From Pseudovirgaria hyperparasitica (Eukaryota), in assembly GCA_010093815.1 (NCBI GenBank), contig ML996571.1: a stretch of 64,000 nucleotides of DNA; one strand, 5' to 3'. Positions 50,630 to 63,196 of the stretch are shown piece after piece. Numbering within the stretch: position 1 is the first letter of the stretch; each line of letters begins with the position of its first letter. The position numbers and the translations under genes are program-made. The notes under the pieces were generated by a model that saw only the letters and a program-made list of their open reading frames with translations, had not been told where the DNA came from and searched no databases.

Positions 50630-51488
50630 TTAATGTATAAAAGTCAATTCGATCTCGTCCTGTCTGAGTTAGTCCGCAGTGCTTTTCAAGGAGGCGACTA
50701 CACCTACTGGAATGTCACCTGGTACAATCAGCGCCGGCACACCCTCACTCCTCAAATCTTTCCGCGCCCTCACAAACTTCACATATTCCGGCGCTCCTGG
50801 CACTAATACATTATCCGCTAGAACCATACCTCCCGACTCTAGCAGTCCAAGCTCGTCCACGGCCACCTTGAAGTCCTGCTCATAGAGCCCCTCAACATGA
50901 TCCAAAAACAACAAATCAACACTCCCGATCTCACCACTCTTCTTCAGCTTCCTCATCGACTCATCCGCAGACCCCACCACGACAGTAACATAAGCACTTA
51001 GCCCCGCCATCTCGATGATTTTTTCCATGATGACTGCAAACTTCGGCTCGTACTCCAAACTCCACACATGTGCTTTTGCGCCATGATAAGTCCGTATGCG
51101 ATCTGCGAAGAAGATGGCCGAGTACGCAACGTAGCCGCCGGCTTCAATCAGGATCTTTGGCTTATGCTGTGCGAGGATGTTGTCGAGAACGCGTGTCTTA
51201 TCGCTGCCGATGTTGATTAGGAATTCAGAGCTTGCAGCAAAGTCGTCCATGGCCTGTAGGATCAGAGCAGGGTTGTTTTGGAGGGGTTCTGTCTGGGCGC
51301 GAGATTCAAGGTAGGCGAGGAGGGCCTCTTCGCGGCCGTCATTGGACTGGTCAGTTTGTGAGCAGATGATAGTGCTAGCTGCGCACTGGGATCACATTAC
51401 TTACTTCTACGTACTTTCCATCTATGAATTTTGCTTTACCGATCGAAGGGTATTTGGCAATGATCTCAGGAGCGAGATTTAGCGACAT
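50630..51488 (-). CDS. Catechol O-methyltransferase-like; introns 50660-50707 and 51347-51404
   Basis: NDGREEALL, FLINIGSDK, EAGGYVAYSA, LFLDH, LADNVLVPGAPEY, terminal exon DEIELTFIH*. Confidence 0.9.
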
Positions 51489-52041
51489 GACTTTATATCT
51501 TCCTAAGCGGTCTGATCTGTGTGAATATAAAAATCTCTATCGCGCTACAATTAGTATGGACAAGTTTTAAGGACTGATCTGTTCTGTTTATGTGAGGGTC
51601 TTAGAGGGAAGAAGAGAAGAAATAGTCAGGACTAGAATGAGCATAAGCTCAGCTAGTGGGGCAAAATAAGGCCAGCATCATGGTGTTTACCTAAGTAGGT
51701 ATATATGGGGGCTGAATTGATGGACAACGCCGGAGTTGGGACTAGACTCATATCGTGAGTAAGAACGATAGATGTGGCGTGGGGTTCCGGAGATACAGAG
51801 TTCGAATGTTGCTGCTCGCCGGCGCACTAGAAGCACTTAACTCCGAATAAAATGCGTTCCCTAACACTGTTAGGCAACCTTCGTCGTCATCACGGTTCAA
51901 GGAGGCTATTTGTGCAAGAATGATGTTAGATCTTAAAGTCATGTTTACTCTGGAATAAGTCAGGTCATCTCGAGATAAATACTAGATATATAGCACCCAA
52001 AACACTACTAAGCCCGGCACGGCACTGTCAAACGATTCTCT

Positions 52042-52950
52042 TCATGGCCTCTTGGCCTTTGCCTCACGCATAACATGTGCTATGCTCGTCCATTCCAATC
52101 CCGAGTAGCGATCGTTGTCAAGTGGATCCAGCTTTCCCGCTCCTGAAGCCATATTGGCCATATATTGCATTCCCTGCCACGCAGGAAAAACATCATTTTC
52201 ACCACCGAAAAAGCGCACGACGGGAATCATGCGCTCCATTAGCCAGACTGGCCCAATAGATGATGGACTGTACTCGACACCCTCTACTTCGCCCACAATG
52301 GCAGCCATCTGCTTTGCACTTGCCACAGCACCGGCGATACGCAAAATCTTGGGCGTCGGATTCGGGTCCGTGGCAGCAGCAGCAGTGTATGCGGCTACAT
52401 CAACCATTGTAGTGTAGTCCATGGGTTGATCAGCACTGCCTGCATACATGACAGTTCTCTTCTTGTGATTCACGGGCGACATGTCGGAGGTCATCAGATC
52501 CAGAAACGCGCCATTCAGAATCGTCGTCCATGCGATGCCAGACTTGTCCAAGTGCGAGTGGAACTCACGGTGGATGTCCAGGTTTCGATTCGAGCCGGGC
52601 TTTGTCTTTGTGAAGTCGAGCGAGTAGTCGGACGGAATGAAGCGCGGGACTTTGGCGTCCACAGCGGCGGCGAGGAGGGCTCCTTGCGTAGTGATTATGA
52701 CATCTCGTAGACCTTGGAGGGCGGATACGACGCAGGTTGCTCCGTTTAATTCCTTGGTCAAAGCCTTTTGGTCGGAAAGGTCGACCGGGGCGATAGTGAC
52801 GCCGGCTTGACGAAGTGCTTCGGTGCGAGATGCGTTAATGCCTGGTCGGACAAGACCTTTGACGGCTACGCCACGTTTTCGGAGAGCTTGGGCAATGAGC
52901 TGGCCGAGGCCGCCTGTAGAGCCAGCGACTGCTACGAAAGGGGAAGACAT
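52042..52950 (-). CDS. NmrA/isoflavone-reductase-like NAD(P)-binding protein, intronless
   Basis: VAGSTGGLG Rossmann motif, VPRFIPSDY, LNGAFLD, DYTTMVDVA. Confidence 0.9.
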   Translation of the reverse strand: MSSPFVAVAGSTGGLGQLIAQALRKRGVAVKGLVRPGINASRTEALRQAGVTIAPVDLSDQKALTKELNGATCVVSALQGLRDVIITTQGALLAAAVDAKVPRFIPSDYSLDFTKTKPGSNRNLDIHREFHSHLDKSGIAWTTILNGAFLDLMTSDMSPVNHKKRTVMYAGSADQPMDYTTMVDVAAYTAAAATDPNPTPKILRIAGAVASAKQMAAIVGEVEGVEYSPSSIGPVWLMERMIPVVRFFGGENDVFPAWQGMQYMANMASGAGKLDPLDNDRYSGLEWTSIAHVMREAKAKRP

Positions 52951-54403
52951 GTTCAGACCTAGGGAGCGACAAATCTGTCTATATAGGTAAGATCAAAAGT
53001 GTGATGAGACTTGTATGTTCCGGGCCATGACTGCGGGCAAGTGAGGTCTTTTGTAGTCCTGAGTCGACAGCGTCATCATTACCAGCTATATTATACTTCG
53101 CATGCATGAACTGCATACAGTTCCAATAAAGGTGTTGATGATTGTGGGTAATACAGGAAAACTCGTTCGATCTTCGCACGAGAAGTCGGTGTTGTTCGAA
53201 ATAGTCGGCAAGTCGGAGATTATCGAGGCGCTAGACCAAAAAAGCAAGTACGTTGGTTTTAGCCCTAGAGAGCCTGGAGCTACGCGAAGACCGTCTCCTC
53301 AGAGTTTTAAGAGTCAACGAGTACCACGTTTTGCTTGTCGCTCTCCTAACATTGGCTTCACTACTCTAAATCACCACCTGCCGATACGAAATCCACTAGT
53401 CTTGGCCATCCACCATATTTCACGAAAGTAGTGCTCACACCATCGTGAGGGAGGATCATCTAATACGCAAGAGTCAATCTCGTGGTAGCATATTTATCTG
53501 ATGGCGTTTAGATGATGACAATAATCCCGGTTGATGAGTTACCGAGTTATGTCCAATAGTCACCTATATGGCGATGATCTTCGCAAAAGGTTCGAACACA
53601 GCGGCTACGACGCTCTGGTGGATCTCAGAAGACTATCAGTGAGATATACTAGAGGATGCAGTAAACGCATCGAATAAGATCATGTATCATATGGGTTTTA
53701 GCTCCGGCTTGACGTGATTACTAAATGCACGAGAGGCCTGGAGGGTGTGAGCAAGGCAATATCCCAGACCTGGTTATAAGGATGCTGCGTTGGTTTTCAG
53801 CAAAAGTAATACGGTGAAAGTTGTTGGTTTAAATCCGCTAAGAGTCTGGCAGGAGATCGATCAGGTATTTACACGTTATGGACCCAGTCGAAAATGGTGT
53901 CTTGCATGATCGGCCCAGCACATGATGATAGTATTAACCTATTGAATCAACAGTCTAGAAAGTAAGTGTTGAAGAGAGGGAATAGGATGAGTCCTACTTA
54001 TACTTATTATAATGATGAAACAACGACCCACGGAAAAGAGAGGCCGACGTAAAGGAGCAATAGGGTGCGAACCAATAAGAACACAATCTATTGGCATGGT
54101 CTTCGTTTATTCGCCGCAGAATTACTGCCCCTGGGGCTAAAGGTAAGATGCTAAGGATAAGATACGCGAAGGATGCTTAATGCGTGCTACTAGGGTACTA
54201 CTAGACTGCATTCAGGATTATCGATAGTATTCTAAGATAAAGTGCCATCCTTTCCCAGCGGGAAGGATTCAGCTTTCTGCAACGTATATCCCCAGAGGTT
54301 CGTCGAAGATTATGCGCTTTGTGAACATTGCGCCAAGGACAGTCTCGAGCCGACACCACAGCCACACCCTGACGGAAAGGTCGTCTTCGGCCCTTTGACA
54401 GGC

Positions 54404-56881
54404 ATGATGGCTGATCTGCCTAGAGGAGCGAAAGACAGCCAATATTACCCATTTCCATCTTTTGTAAGACACGAGTTCAGAACTAATAGTTCAAGCACAT
54501 TACCATTATCTCCGGTCGGAACATTTCATCCATCTTCTGAGAACCTGATCTCGCCGGACACTCCTGTTACTCCTAGATCTCCCTTCAAAGAAGTGAAAGA
54601 AGTCAAAAGTCAGCATGTAGTACCCAAGCAGAAGACCAGCACTATCAGAGTCTGGTGGTACGAACTGTTTTGTGGCATCCTTGTCGTCTTGTCATTCGTC
54701 GCTCTTGTCATCACAGGCTTCTTGTTCGATGGAAAGACACTACCGGACTGGCCTCTGGGACTGTCCATCAACGCCTTGGTCGCCGTATTCTCTGCTATAA
54801 TCAAAGCTTCGGTTGGTCTCGTCATAGGCGAAAGTCTGGGCCATCTCAAGTGGACCGTGCTGGCGACACCTCAGCGCCTCTCTACATTCGACATATATGA
54901 TGATGCCTCTCGAGGCCCCTGGGGCTCTGCTCGCTTTTTGCAGCACTTTGGCTGGAAAATAAAGCACTTGGTTCCATCAATTGGAGCTGTCATAACGATT
55001 CTGCTGCTTATCATCGACCCGTTCACCCAGCAGATCGTGCAAGTTCGAGGTTGTGACAAGAGCACGAATCGCGTTGCGACCCTACCACGGACACTGGTTT
55101 ATCAAGGCGATAGCGCCTCTCTGGACCCCAGGGTGAAGCCTGTTGATGTTCGGATCGCTCTGTACCAGGGTCTCTTCGCGGAGTCAAAGCCTAATGCACA
55201 GTATAATTGTCCCACGGGCAACTGCACATTCCCAGAAAGCTCTTCTGTTGCATTGTGCATTTTCTGTAGCGATGTCTCAGATCGCATAGTCCCTATCATC
55301 AATGCCAAAAATGATACTAATGGCGAGACCGACTGGCTCCAATGGACGTATACAGAAAACACGACCTTTGTGTTGCCAGGTGATTGGACTAATCTGACAG
55401 TCACCATCACAAATGAAGCTAGAAAATACAATAGAGGTGAAGGCAGTCAGAATCTCGAAAGAGGTCCCGTTGAGTCCCCGACGGACTTCGCCATGGATCT
55501 AGATGCGGAAAGCATACCAGCTGTTGCTTATGAGGACCGCGATCCACGATGGTACAACAGAACTGGACCAAGCCTATGGAACATATCGATGATTCGCTTA
55601 TTCGAACCGAACTTTCTTCCAATCGACGACGACACCACGGTCCACACCTCCAAAGACTATTATGCAAAGGCACATACATGCTCAATCTTGCCCTGTGTCC
55701 GCACATACTATGCTAAAGTCGATGGTCAACGCTTCTCAGAAACAGTATCAGAACCCCAAATCATGAATATAAACGATATTCCAGTGAATAGCTACGACGA
55801 CTTCGTTCTCGCAGACCTCGACTGTATCCAAGGCGATGATAGACAAGCGCGCCTCACCATGCTCCAGCGTCTTGGGTATCCTGTTTCTTCAACCGGACGC
55901 TGGCTCGCTTACAATGTGACTTTCGACTCATCAGACTATATAGGTGTACCAAGTCTTGGTGTACCGGCAGGCGGCTGGATATCGCGCAATTTCAGCTCCA
56001 TCCCTAGTGGTGCTGATGACCTATTCGAGCCCGTCATCGGCGATGATCGTACTGGATGGACAGACCCATCTTCGAGATATAAGCTGACCGAAAGTGCAAT
56101 CTCCGTTGTACCTCGTCAATGTATTTATCTCATGGCACCCTCGGTAATGCTGAACATCCTAATGGAACTGCAAAATGAACTGTCAGGGACGTTACGGTCC
56201 GTAAGCTCAGGCTCAGGCTTAGGCCCATCGTCACTTACAGCCGTGTATAACGCAGGCAGCGGGAATGGTACACTAGAAGATGTCCAAGGACTATTCAATA
56301 ACGTATCAGATGCGCTCTCACTCGTCATTCGTGCGAATGGTAATGCATCGTTCAACGATCCGACTTTTGGCATAGCCACAGAGCGCGCGACATGCATTGC
56401 CATCCAATGGCCGTGGATTACGTACTTTGCAGCACTGCTGGGTCTATTTGCTATATACACCGCTGGCTTCCTCATTCAGAGCCGTGTGGCACAAGGTCGA
56501 CTGCTGCAATCATGGGAGAAGGGTAGTGATCGTGAGGGTAACAGCATATCGTTCCATGACTTCAAAGCTTCTGAATTGCCTGTATTATTTCACGGTCTCG
56601 ATCATGGGGTGCTTCAAGAATTGGACGCTAGAGGCGTGCAGACGAATCGCGTTGGGGTGTTAGAGAAAGTAGCAGGGGGCATTATGGTTAGGTTAGTACC
56701 AAGGAAAGATGGGTGGAAGATTGCAAGAGCAGATAATAACCATGGAGATGAGATGGAACTGCGTTCAGGGGAAACCTGGAGCAGTGGAAGTAATACTATA
56801 ACTGACGGAAGGAGTGGTCGACTGCACTACAGAACGAAAAGCAAAAGCGAAGCTGATGTGAATGTAGTTGGATGCCTGTAA
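54404..56881 (+). CDS. DUF3176-family membrane protein
   Basis: WWYE..DGKTLPDWPLGLSINAL, LGHLKW, YDDASRGPWGS, IDPFTQQ, CPTGNCTF, IQWPWI. Confidence 0.85.
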   Translation: MMADLPRGAKDSQYYPFPSFVRHEFRTNSSSTLPLSPVGTFHPSSENLISPDTPVTPRSPFKEVKEVKSQHVVPKQKTSTIRVWWYELFCGILVVLSFVALVITGFLFDGKTLPDWPLGLSINALVAVFSAIIKASVGLVIGESLGHLKWTVLATPQRLSTFDIYDDASRGPWGSARFLQHFGWKIKHLVPSIGAVITILLLIIDPFTQQIVQVRGCDKSTNRVATLPRTLVYQGDSASLDPRVKPVDVRIALYQGLFAESKPNAQYNCPTGNCTFPESSSVALCIFCSDVSDRIVPIINAKNDTNGETDWLQWTYTENTTFVLPGDWTNLTVTITNEARKYNRGEGSQNLERGPVESPTDFAMDLDAESIPAVAYEDRDPRWYNRTGPSLWNISMIRLFEPNFLPIDDDTTVHTSKDYYAKAHTCSILPCVRTYYAKVDGQRFSETVSEPQIMNINDIPVNSYDDFVLADLDCIQGDDRQARLTMLQRLGYPVSSTGRWLAYNVTFDSSDYIGVPSLGVPAGGWISRNFSSIPSGADDLFEPVIGDDRTGWTDPSSRYKLTESAISVVPRQCIYLMAPSVMLNILMELQNELSGTLRSVSSGSGLGPSSLTAVYNAGSGNGTLEDVQGLFNNVSDALSLVIRANGNASFNDPTFGIATERATCIAIQWPWITYFAALLGLFAIYTAGFLIQSRVAQGRLLQSWEKGSDREGNSISFHDFKASELPVLFHGLDHGVLQELDARGVQTNRVGVLEKVAGGIMVRLVPRKDGWKIARADNNHGDEMELRSGETWSSGSNTITDGRSGRLHYRTKSKSEADVNVVGCL

Positions 56882-56919
56882 TGTAGCCTTCGTACATATA
56901 TACGGGTCTAATTGCTTTC

Positions 56920-57520
56920 AAGGACAGTTAGCATTGGAGAGTCTCACTGTCACAACTCTTTCTTCAAAGTTCACCACTCGGACCTGTGGACTGGTATATG
57001 TGTCACATAACGGGTCATCGAATCTGTTATTCCACAGGTAAACCGCCGGCCCTATATGTCTTTCAAAGTAACGCGCAAGTATGTTTTCGGTCCATATTGG
57101 TCACGAGGAAATAGTTGGACCAGTTATTAGTAGTAGAGCCAATAGCGTTACAAACTGGCTGAACAGACGTTTTCGGTGTCGATTTATCTGAACTGGTCAC
57201 TCAGGTAGTTGTCCAGGGAGTTGCTGGTGATTTGAATGTCGTTCCAGGAGTCAGTCCGCCCGAACTAGTTGAATTGATATCTAAGAAGTTCTCCGAATGG
57301 GTTTCCAAAGGGGTTTCCAAAGGAGCTGCGAAGGCATGACTGTGGATTTAACAGCTAGTCCGCTCAAACTGGTCTCCGGAGTTGTTGTGAAAGTCAAAGG
57401 CGGGGATGTGGACGCAGGAGCCACTATAGAGGTTGAGACAAAAATGGATGTCAACAGAGTGGAACTTGACAGTAGGGTCGAGGCGGTTTGTTGGTATGAT
57501 GGTGAGATTGTTACTTGTCG
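56920..57520 (-). pseudogene. Probable relic of a Ser/Thr-rich protein with Cys-containing C-terminal domain
   Basis: Minus-strand frames give S/T-rich runs then PVCNAIG..TCALL*..LCDTY..NANCP*, broken by stops and frameshifts and a 12-bp duplication at 57299-57322. Confidence 0.4.
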
Positions 57521-57549
57521 GCATCGCGGAGCTTACAGGGCAGCATTTT

Positions 57550-57594
57550 TCATAAAACATGAAGTCATAAAATATGAAGACATAAAATATGAAG
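57550..57594. repeat. 15-bp tandem repeat x3 (TCATAAAATATGAAG variants)
   Basis: Direct reading. Confidence 0.85.
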
Positions 57595-58399
57595 GGACCA
57601 TTGTCCGCGTCTCACTAGTCATTTCCCACGTTTGACCAGTCGCAAACTCGCAGTAGCCAATTTCAAAGTCTACACGATTTTGGTGAAAGTGAGTACGCTT
57701 TGCGTGATATGTCTCGCTCACAGGGTTTTTTACATCCATCTTGCGACAGTTATTGTGCTGCTTTCGCAACACAGAGCGGTGCCCGGCCATAATTGCCAAT
57801 TGTATGCTCCCACCCTCTTCGACCGCACGATGATGGAGGGCACGACGTCCGGTTCTATAAGAGATTGATCTCGAGTCGCCGATTCTGTTATAGCAAGCAG
57901 GGAAGTAGGATAGATCTTATTGCTGGATCCATAAACAAATAGAGAATGTGAGTCAATGTCTACAACACATGCTATATGGAGGAGTCATGGCCAGTCTACC
58001 TCTTTCGTATAATGTTATAAGAAGAATCGAAGAATGAAATTACAGTACTCTGACATGTAGCTCTTGTATACACTGGCTTACTCAGAGAATTATAGGCTCA
58101 TTACACTTAAACGGAGCCAGGTATATGTCAGACTAGCGCGATTAGATCATGCCTATATATGTCCCGCAGACTGATATTGGGTCAAGGACAGAGCCATAGT
58201 GCGATATGTTCTCTACAGATACCTTTGTTTATGCTTTAGCTGATCAGCATAGTAGAGCAGCAGTACCTAGAGAGGGCGTCAGGGGGGATTTTTGTCCACA
58301 CGTATCATTACAGAGTTGGAATCCCGTCACAGGAGACGCGATGATGCACGCTGCTTGCCCTAGTCCTGAGGGCTCCGATGAAACATAGTTCATGTAGCA

Positions 58400-58759
58400 G
58401 GCTAAAGGTTGGTTACATCGAGAGATTCTACCATGGGTACTGCGGCTACGCGAGACTTACTTTCGAATTGCTTGTCTTTTAAGAAATAATCACGGCCTCT
58501 CATTAAAGTAGAGGCGCTACTAGTTCAAGCATCCCGTGGTGTTTGGCCGGACCTGCAACTTTGCGTGATAAGTAAGAGTAGCTTCATCCTATTACGAACT
58601 GTCCGGTTTAAAATGATTTACTACTATTCTCTCACCATCCACGGTAGCCATGCGAGACTGGCTAAAGGCCTTGCAAGGCTCGTGTCCCTAGCATAACTGG
58701 CTAAGACAGCTTCTTATTTAGGTTAAATTGTCGTTAGTGCTATTACCAGTCTAGGCTAG
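58400..58759 (+). promoter_or_regulatory. Cluster of putative XlnR/Xyr1 sites upstream of the AA9 gene
   Basis: GGCTAA at 58400, 58660, 58699 and GGCTAG at 58754, all same strand. Confidence 0.4.
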
Positions 58760-59850
58760 CGCCATCATAGTGAAGGTCTACCGTTCTACTAGTCGCTCTC
58801 TTCAAGACGGCCAGAGTGGGCGAGCATTGATCTCAGTGAGCCAAGATATGTTCTAGATGCTATGTATTACACTATGATCAAAACATGTGTTCCTTTGAGG
58901 TTCACTTGGCGATCAAAGATGTTGAGGCGAGCTTAAAAACATAAAAAGCATACAGGAAGGTATAATGACTGGTGGGATTTCACTCGAGAATATGTACATA
59001 TATTCATGGTTACACGAGGCATGCTGTGTCACTGTGAGCTGGTACTGATCAGAAAGGCGTCAAGCAAACTAAAATTATCATGTATGACTGCAGTCTGCAA
59101 GCAGCGGAAGGCCTATTAGAGTTGTTAACGAAGCCACTATCATGATTTATGCATGTCATTACCTGCACTACAGAGATTCAGTTGTTAGGTGTACTGCGCC
59201 ATGACTTATCGATCATGTCGAGACTCGAGTCATCGTTTAATATATATGTTGATACAGATGTCTGCGACTATTATTGCCCCTTCAACTTATGACGGAGGAT
59301 GTCAATTCAAGTCGTGCACAGGCCATGCTTACCTGAAGCCGGGCGCCTTTGTTTCGTCGAACCTTGGTGTTTCGAAATCGCAGTGGATAATATCGTTCAT
59401 CTCGTTTAGCTAGAAGCGGCTAGCAAGTTTCACTTGAAGCCACCACCGAGATCAAGATCCCACTTTTGAGCGCTCCAGCTTCATCATCTCGGACTATACA
59501 CAGCATAGCTGACGGGAGTTTTTCCGTCTAGTAGTTTCCGCCTACCAGGCGTTCATGATATGATACCGCCACAGTGGAACCTACTTTATGCCACTGGTTC
59601 GCACGCTTGATATGGACGATAGTCCAGGGTCGTGGTAGCGCTTGATGAAGCACGAGTAAGGCACAACAATGACAGGCACATCCACCCCTTTGTACTACCT
59701 CGCCAGATATTTGGACCGTATAAGAATCAAAATGGCCGTCGGTAAGCTTTCAGGTATTTTCACTATCAAGTGGCATCACTCTTTCTCCTCTTCAATCCAT
59801 TCATTTCTCAGGTCATCAGTACCTACCACATTCGTTCAATATTGTTCATC

Positions 59851-61117
59851 ATGAAGACACTTTCGACTATCTTGGCCCTGGTGGCCGCTGCTGGTATAGC
59901 CAACGCACATTCTACGGTGATGGCTGTCTGGGTGAACGACGTGGATCAAGGCCTTGGGAACAAGGCTGATGCGGATGCGTACATCCGCTCACCCCCAAAT
60001 AACGATCCTATCAAGGATGTTACGTCTGCATCTATGACTTGCAACGTCAATAATGCTGCAACCGCGAAGTCTATTCAAGTCAAGTCTGGAGACGAGATCA
60101 CTTTGTACGTTACAAGCCCTCACATCGGTAGTAGTCTTTCTAATTGTGCCTTAGCGAGTGGCATCACAATGGTCGAACTGACTCAGACGACATCATTGAC
60201 AAGTCCCACGTCGGCCCTGTCATGACCTACATTGCACCCGCTAGCTCCAATGGTGAAGGAGATGTATGGCTGAAGCTTGCTGAGGATGGATACGACGGAA
60301 CGAAGTGGGGTGTTGATCGTTTAATTGCCAACAAGGGCAAGCATTCGATCACGGTTCCCAATATCGCTGCTGGACAGTACCTCCTTAGGCCTGAGATCAT
60401 CGCGCTTCACGAGGCTAACAACCAAGGGGGCGCTCAGTTCTACATGGAGTGTGTTCAGATCGAGGTTACCTCTTCTGGTGTAACAGTAAGCCTCACAAGC
60501 CAGAAACCGCGAGTTTCTTCACTTGCTAATATAAGCAGACCCTCCCTGCTGGTGTCAGCATTCCAGGAACATATACTGCCACTGATCCCGGAATCCTCTT
60601 CAACGTCTACAATAATGGAGGCCAGCCCTATCCTACCGGAACATACACTATTCCTGGCCCGGCTGTGTGGGACGGTGCTAGCTCGGATACAGGCGGCGAT
60701 ACCTCTCCCTCCGATACTCCCGTTGAGACACCTGCGCCCGCAACATCAATTGTGGAGACACCCGTACCGACCTCAGTCGTCGAGACTCCTGTACCATCAT
60801 CAGCATATGAGGATGAACACGAGCCAGCTACATCAGTCATAGAACCTGTTCCTACTTCTGTTTCAGCCCCTGAGCCGAGCTCAGGTCCGACAACACAAAC
60901 TCCCAAGCCGACCCCAAGCACAGTTCCTACGACGTTCGTGACTTCTTATGTGAGCAGGACTTATTGCACGTCCCCTTCATCGGCTCCTGATACGGGAGTG
61001 GCTGTTGCAAAATACGGTCGCTGCGGTGGCTCTGGATACATCGGCACGACTACCTGTGCAGACGGCTTTGTGTGTAAGGTGCAAAACCCCTACTACTCGC
61101 AGTGCGTTCAAGCTTGA
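59851..61117 (+). CDS. AA9 lytic polysaccharide monooxygenase with C-terminal CBM1; introns 60105-60154 and 60486-60538
   Basis: Signal peptide ending ANA|H (N-terminal His brace), [27 protein letters not shown] linker, YGRCGG..NPYYSQC. Confidence 0.96.
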
Positions 61118-61562
61118 ATTGACCAATCTTTTGTCTTGCTTGACACAGCTTCTTCTGACACGGATTTGCTCTGGATTGAGTAGGGGTGCTCAAGTTCAAT
61201 TCGTACTACCAAAAGTGGCTTATTTTGGATACTTTCTCCTGTAGATATATATATTATAAAAACAAATCTTTATCGAGATGACTCACAAACACGCAACGTT
61301 CTTCTGATTTTCCATTAAACAGTTGATGAGAGCGATGCGTTCGTGGTGTCGAACAGAATTGGACTCAGTTCTACATCTGAGAGTCGCTGTGATTATGCTC
61401 GACACCGAGTATTATCGATGCGCAGAGCTTGTTTGTTTATTGGGAAATGAAAGAGCCAGACGGGCAATGATGTAAACGACCGAACTTCCAGTCTAGTCTC
61501 AGAACGGCAAAACACACACACGGACCACGTACGCGTTCACTCCTCCGCGTCTCCTCCGCACC

Positions 61563-62127
61563 ATGAGCTCTCACTCTACAGTCCACACCAACTTCAATCG
61601 CACAGCTGCAGACATAATGACCCTCACAGACCACTCTCACCCTCCCCCGCCCTCTACAATCCGCTATATTATCTCCTTCCTCCTCGTCGGCCTCTGTTGG
61701 GGTTTCACAACACCATTCATGCGGCGCTCCGCTAAAGACTATACTCCGCCATCTCGACCTTGGCTCGCATCCCAGCCTTCAGTCAAACGCACTGTATACA
61801 CAGCGTGCTTCGCAGTCAACGATCTACTCCGTAGGCCGGGCTATGCTATTCCGCTGTTACTGAACGTAACCGGAAGTGTGTGGTTCTTTCTTTTGATCGG
61901 AGAGGCGGAGTTGAGCTTGACGGTGCCGATTGTGAATAGTGCGGCGTTCCTGTGGACGGTTGTGGGTGAGTGGTGGGTTGAAGGGAGGAAGATCGGTGCA
62001 GGTGAGTTCATCCGATGGGTCGGGAATTGTTCCACGGAGCAAGAAGGGCTGATATGTGGCAGACACATTGGTGGGCATGGGTCTTGTTGGTGGTGGGATT
62101 GCGCTTTGCGTATTGTCTAAGAGCTGA
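61563..62127 (+). CDS. TMEM234/UPF0546-like small membrane protein; intron 62002-62062 (start may be 61617)
   Basis: LVGLCWGFTTPFMRR, LLNVTGSVWFF, ELSLTVPIVNS. Confidence 0.85.
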
Positions 62128-62207
62128 AAATTATGACGACCGATCATGTCTATCTACAACGGTATGTCATACAGTCTGGGAACTGAAGAGCGGATGTGAA
62201 GATGATG

Positions 62208-63196
62208 CTACGCAGCAATCAGCCGCGTAAAGCCCTCCTCGGGCGGTTGCAGCCAGTTCTGCGCATCATACGTCTTCTCACCCTCGATCACATGGAACGT
62301 ATATATAATGCGACTCTTCCCACTGGTGTTCCGCTCGCTCTTATGCAGCAGATTCCCATGGATCAACACTAGACTGCCCGCTTTGACCTCGCCCATCGTA
62401 TACTCCTCCTCTCTACCCTCGCCCTCCTCTGTCCGGCTCAGACCTTGAGGAAACTTCTCCCACGAATTATCCACAAACGTCGTCCCATTATCACCAGGCT
62501 TTCGCACGAACCTCTTCCGCACCGGCTCCCGCTTATGACTCCCACTCGCAAAGCTCAGACACCCGTTCTGCACCGTCGCATCCTCGAGCGCATACCAGAA
62601 TCCTACGGCGCTAGGCGGGTTTGTGAAGAGAAATGTGCTGTCCTGATGCGGTGGTACGGCGCCACCGATCTCTGGTTGTTTGCAGATGACCATACTCTGT
62701 AGGACGCGCGGGTCCTTGAAACCCAGATTTCTTGCGATGGCGGCGTTTTGGGTCGAGATAGAGGCGGCGCGGAAGGATGGTGACAGAGCGTGTAGATAAT
62801 GTCCGATTTTATTGATAGCGCGGTGCTTCGGCTTGAGGAGGGTACCTGAGGCGTCGAATGCGTCTATAGGTTGTATGTTAGAGATGGTGTATTGGACCTT
62901 GGAATTTGCGATAGAGGATAGATGTAGATACCTTCTTCGAAAAAGAAGCGCACTTTATCGCCACTTTCGAGGAAGTACTTGTCGCCAACATGATCCTCAC
63001 CGTCGTCGCCACCGGTGGAGAACTTTGTCATTGGGTGCTCGTCTAGACTGAACTCATCGAGCATCGTATATGTCTCTTGGAGAAGTGCAGATACAGTGCT
63101 TTGGTCGAGTGCGTCGGGGATGATGAGGTAGCCGTTGGTGTCCCATGTTTTAAGCTGCTCTGACGTGAGACCATAAGCGTCATCATTTACAACCAT
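62208..63196 (-). CDS. Phytanoyl-CoA dioxygenase family (PHYHD1-like) 2OG/Fe(II) oxygenase; intron 62864-62931
   Basis: SGDKVRFFFEE|DAF, INKIGH, ICKQPEIGGAVPPHQD, LIHGNLLHKS..SR. Confidence 0.92.

Noticed and set aside
50630..52950. O-methyltransferase plus NmrA as a secondary-metabolite cluster
   Set aside because: No PKS, NRPS, terpene synthase or other backbone gene in the window
60715..60860. VETPxP repeats in the AA9 gene as a RiPP-like repeat precursor
   Set aside because: Ordinary Pro/Ser/Thr linker between catalytic domain and CBM1; no KR/RR cleavage sites
9555..61117. GH78, CDT-2-like, maltose permease and AA9 as a polysaccharide-utilisation cluster
   Set aside because: Spread over 50 kb, separated by unrelated housekeeping genes, and acting on different substrates
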